From NCBI RefSeq assembly GCF_009914755.1, contig NC_060927.1: a stretch of 64,000 bases of DNA, one strand, 5' to 3'. A program made the translations under genes and the position numbers. A model generated the notes under the pieces. That model had not been told where the DNA came from. It saw only the letters and a program-made list of their open reading frames with translations, and made no database searches. The DNA comes from the human T2T-CHM13v2.0 reference genome, Homo sapiens. Below, in pieces: positions 62,261 to 64,000 of this stretch (positions are counted from its first letter, which is position 1; each line of letters starts with the position of its first letter).

Positions 62261-63396
62261 TTACCAAAGTAATACATAGCAATTATAGAAAGCACACGTA
62301 GGCAGAAAAGGAGAAAATATTATTTATCATCATACCTTTGAGAGAGAAGCTAACCACTCTTAACATTTTGATGTTTTAATCTTTATAAGTGTCTGTGATT
62401 TTTTTTCAAAAGTGAGATACGTATTTTCATTATCTGCTTTTTTTCACTGAGCAGTATGTTTTCCCATGTTCTTAATTGCTAATGGCTGCAAAGTATTCCA
62501 TTTATGGATGTATAGTTTAACCAACTCAAATAAATGTTAATGGATTAAGATATTACTTATCATTACATTTTAAAGGTTGAGAGTAAAATTGCCTGAGAAC
62601 CTGAGGAGACAAGGTCTTTACTGGTTTTCTTTTTTCTCTTAATATTTTGCTATGTTACTGAGTTAATAAAGCATTTAAGATTAAAGTGAGAAGAATGTAT
62701 TCTTTATTCTCCTTTGAGTAATGTCCTGTAATTTGGAGGTTTGAGTCTGAGACTTGGTGTATTGGACGTTGGAGATGCAATCCTAGTCACTCTGAAAGAA
62801 GAGGCACCTTCCAGCCTTCATCCTCTATCCTGAATTCGTTGAGCCAACCTCTCTCTGCCTGTCTGAATTCCACCATCCTCAGGGCACCATTCATATGCTC
62901 CCCTCTCACAGAGTGTCTCTCCCACACAGAAGTCTTCACCTTCTATCTGGATTTCCACAGCACTCCTGGTCCTCTCTCCCAGCACTTTCCTCTTTTAACC
63001 TCATTAATACATAGGGAGTTATTTTTCAGAGGTGGTATACCTCTTTGGTGTACCTGACATACCCAGTGTGTATTTCTTTTTGGATGGTAATGATTTGCAT
63101 ACTTGTTTGTTTTTTTCACTGGATCAGCAACTTTTTGAAGGTAAAGACTGTGTCTTACTCATTGTTTTATCTCCTTTGTCCAGGATATAGTGAGCCCTCA
63201 GTAAATGTTTGCTGAATTAAGGACTCACTCCACCACCACCACTAATTCTGTCACCTTTTTGATAGGGAGGCTCAGTTACCTGTTCATCTCTGTATTCCCC
63301 TCAGTGCTCAGCCCTGTAGACAGTCGTGACATAGTTTTAACTAAATGCTGAAATGTTGAGTAGGGGGAAAGAAAGAGCCATCTTATTATTATTATA

Positions 63397-63560
63397 GTTA
63401 GCAAAATTTTTCTGTAAAGAGCCAGGTAGTAAATATTTTTGTCTTTATGGATGGCTGTACATTCTTTGTTTTTGTGTTTATAACCATTTAAAAATGTAAA
63501 AAGCATTCTTACCTTACAATACAAAAACAGGTTGAAGCACAGGTATTGCCTGGGACATGA
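63397..63560. mobile_element. MER58-like hAT fragment
   Basis: GCAAAATTTTTCTGTAAAGAGCCAGGTAGTAAATATTTT...AACCATTTAAAAATGTAAAAAGCATTCTTA. Confidence 0.7.
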
Positions 63561-64000
63561 CTGCAGGTTTTAGGGCAGGAAGGAAGAGGCAGCATGTGCC
63601 GGTTCCTCAGCGGCCAGCCCTGCTTTCATTTCCTCTCTGGGTCCTCTGCCTTCCTTCCTGAAAACACTGCCCAGCGCATGCCATTTTTGGGGAGCCACTC
63701 TACTGTTAAATTAGTTCATTTTGTTGTTGTGACTATACCCACATTTACTTAAAGAACCTCTGGAGAGGCAGGAAAGTCAAGACCAAGAACTCTGCTTGAA
63801 TGAAACGGATGATTCCTTTAGGGAGTGTCCAGCAGAGTGGCTAACAAGGAACTGCCCTTCTTCTTTTGTCCAAGAAGAATTTTAAACTTCAGAGCCATGA
63901 AAATGAGCAATTATGCAAATTCGAGTATATTTTGAGTAAAAAGAGATTGGATGCTGTGGATGGTAACTTCTCATGTCAGTTTATTCTTATGATAAACTTT

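Overview
Primate (almost certainly human) genomic DNA, recognisable as the LIMD1/SACM1L locus (3p21.31). Positions ~1-3200 look like the distal 3' UTR of LIMD1 (+), with an inverted Alu pair. Positions ~3300-8400 hold a dense cluster of five solo ERV/MaLR LTRs, two nested in older repeats with visible TSDs. A CpG island at ~10200-11800 contains an intact tRNA-Arg(ACG) gene on the minus strand (10978-11050), an orphan Pol III B-box and the first exon of SACM1L. The rest of the window is SACM1L (SAC1 PI4P phosphatase, + strand). I reconstructed coding exons 1-19 by hand (1627 nt, codons 1-543, catalytic CX5R(T) motif CMDCLDRT at C389). The last exon lies beyond the window. The most notable features are in splicing: one U12-type minor intron (intron 7), two GC-AG introns (9 and 16), a 5' splice site regenerated at the exon 3/4 junction, and a weak-donor symmetric exon 10 followed by two UGCAUG motifs. 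Other points of interest are a non-TE-looking ~190 bp local duplication in intron 1, an ultrashort young L1 with a possible 3' transduction, and a near-spacerless inverted Alu pair next to the catalytic exon. No prokaryotic-type system (CRISPR etc.) is present. Almost all ORFs in the supplied track are repeat-derived noise. I found no evidence for a wholly new biological system; the findings are testable regulatory hypotheses. Repeat subfamily names are from memory of consensus sequences and need RepeatMasker/Dfam confirmation.
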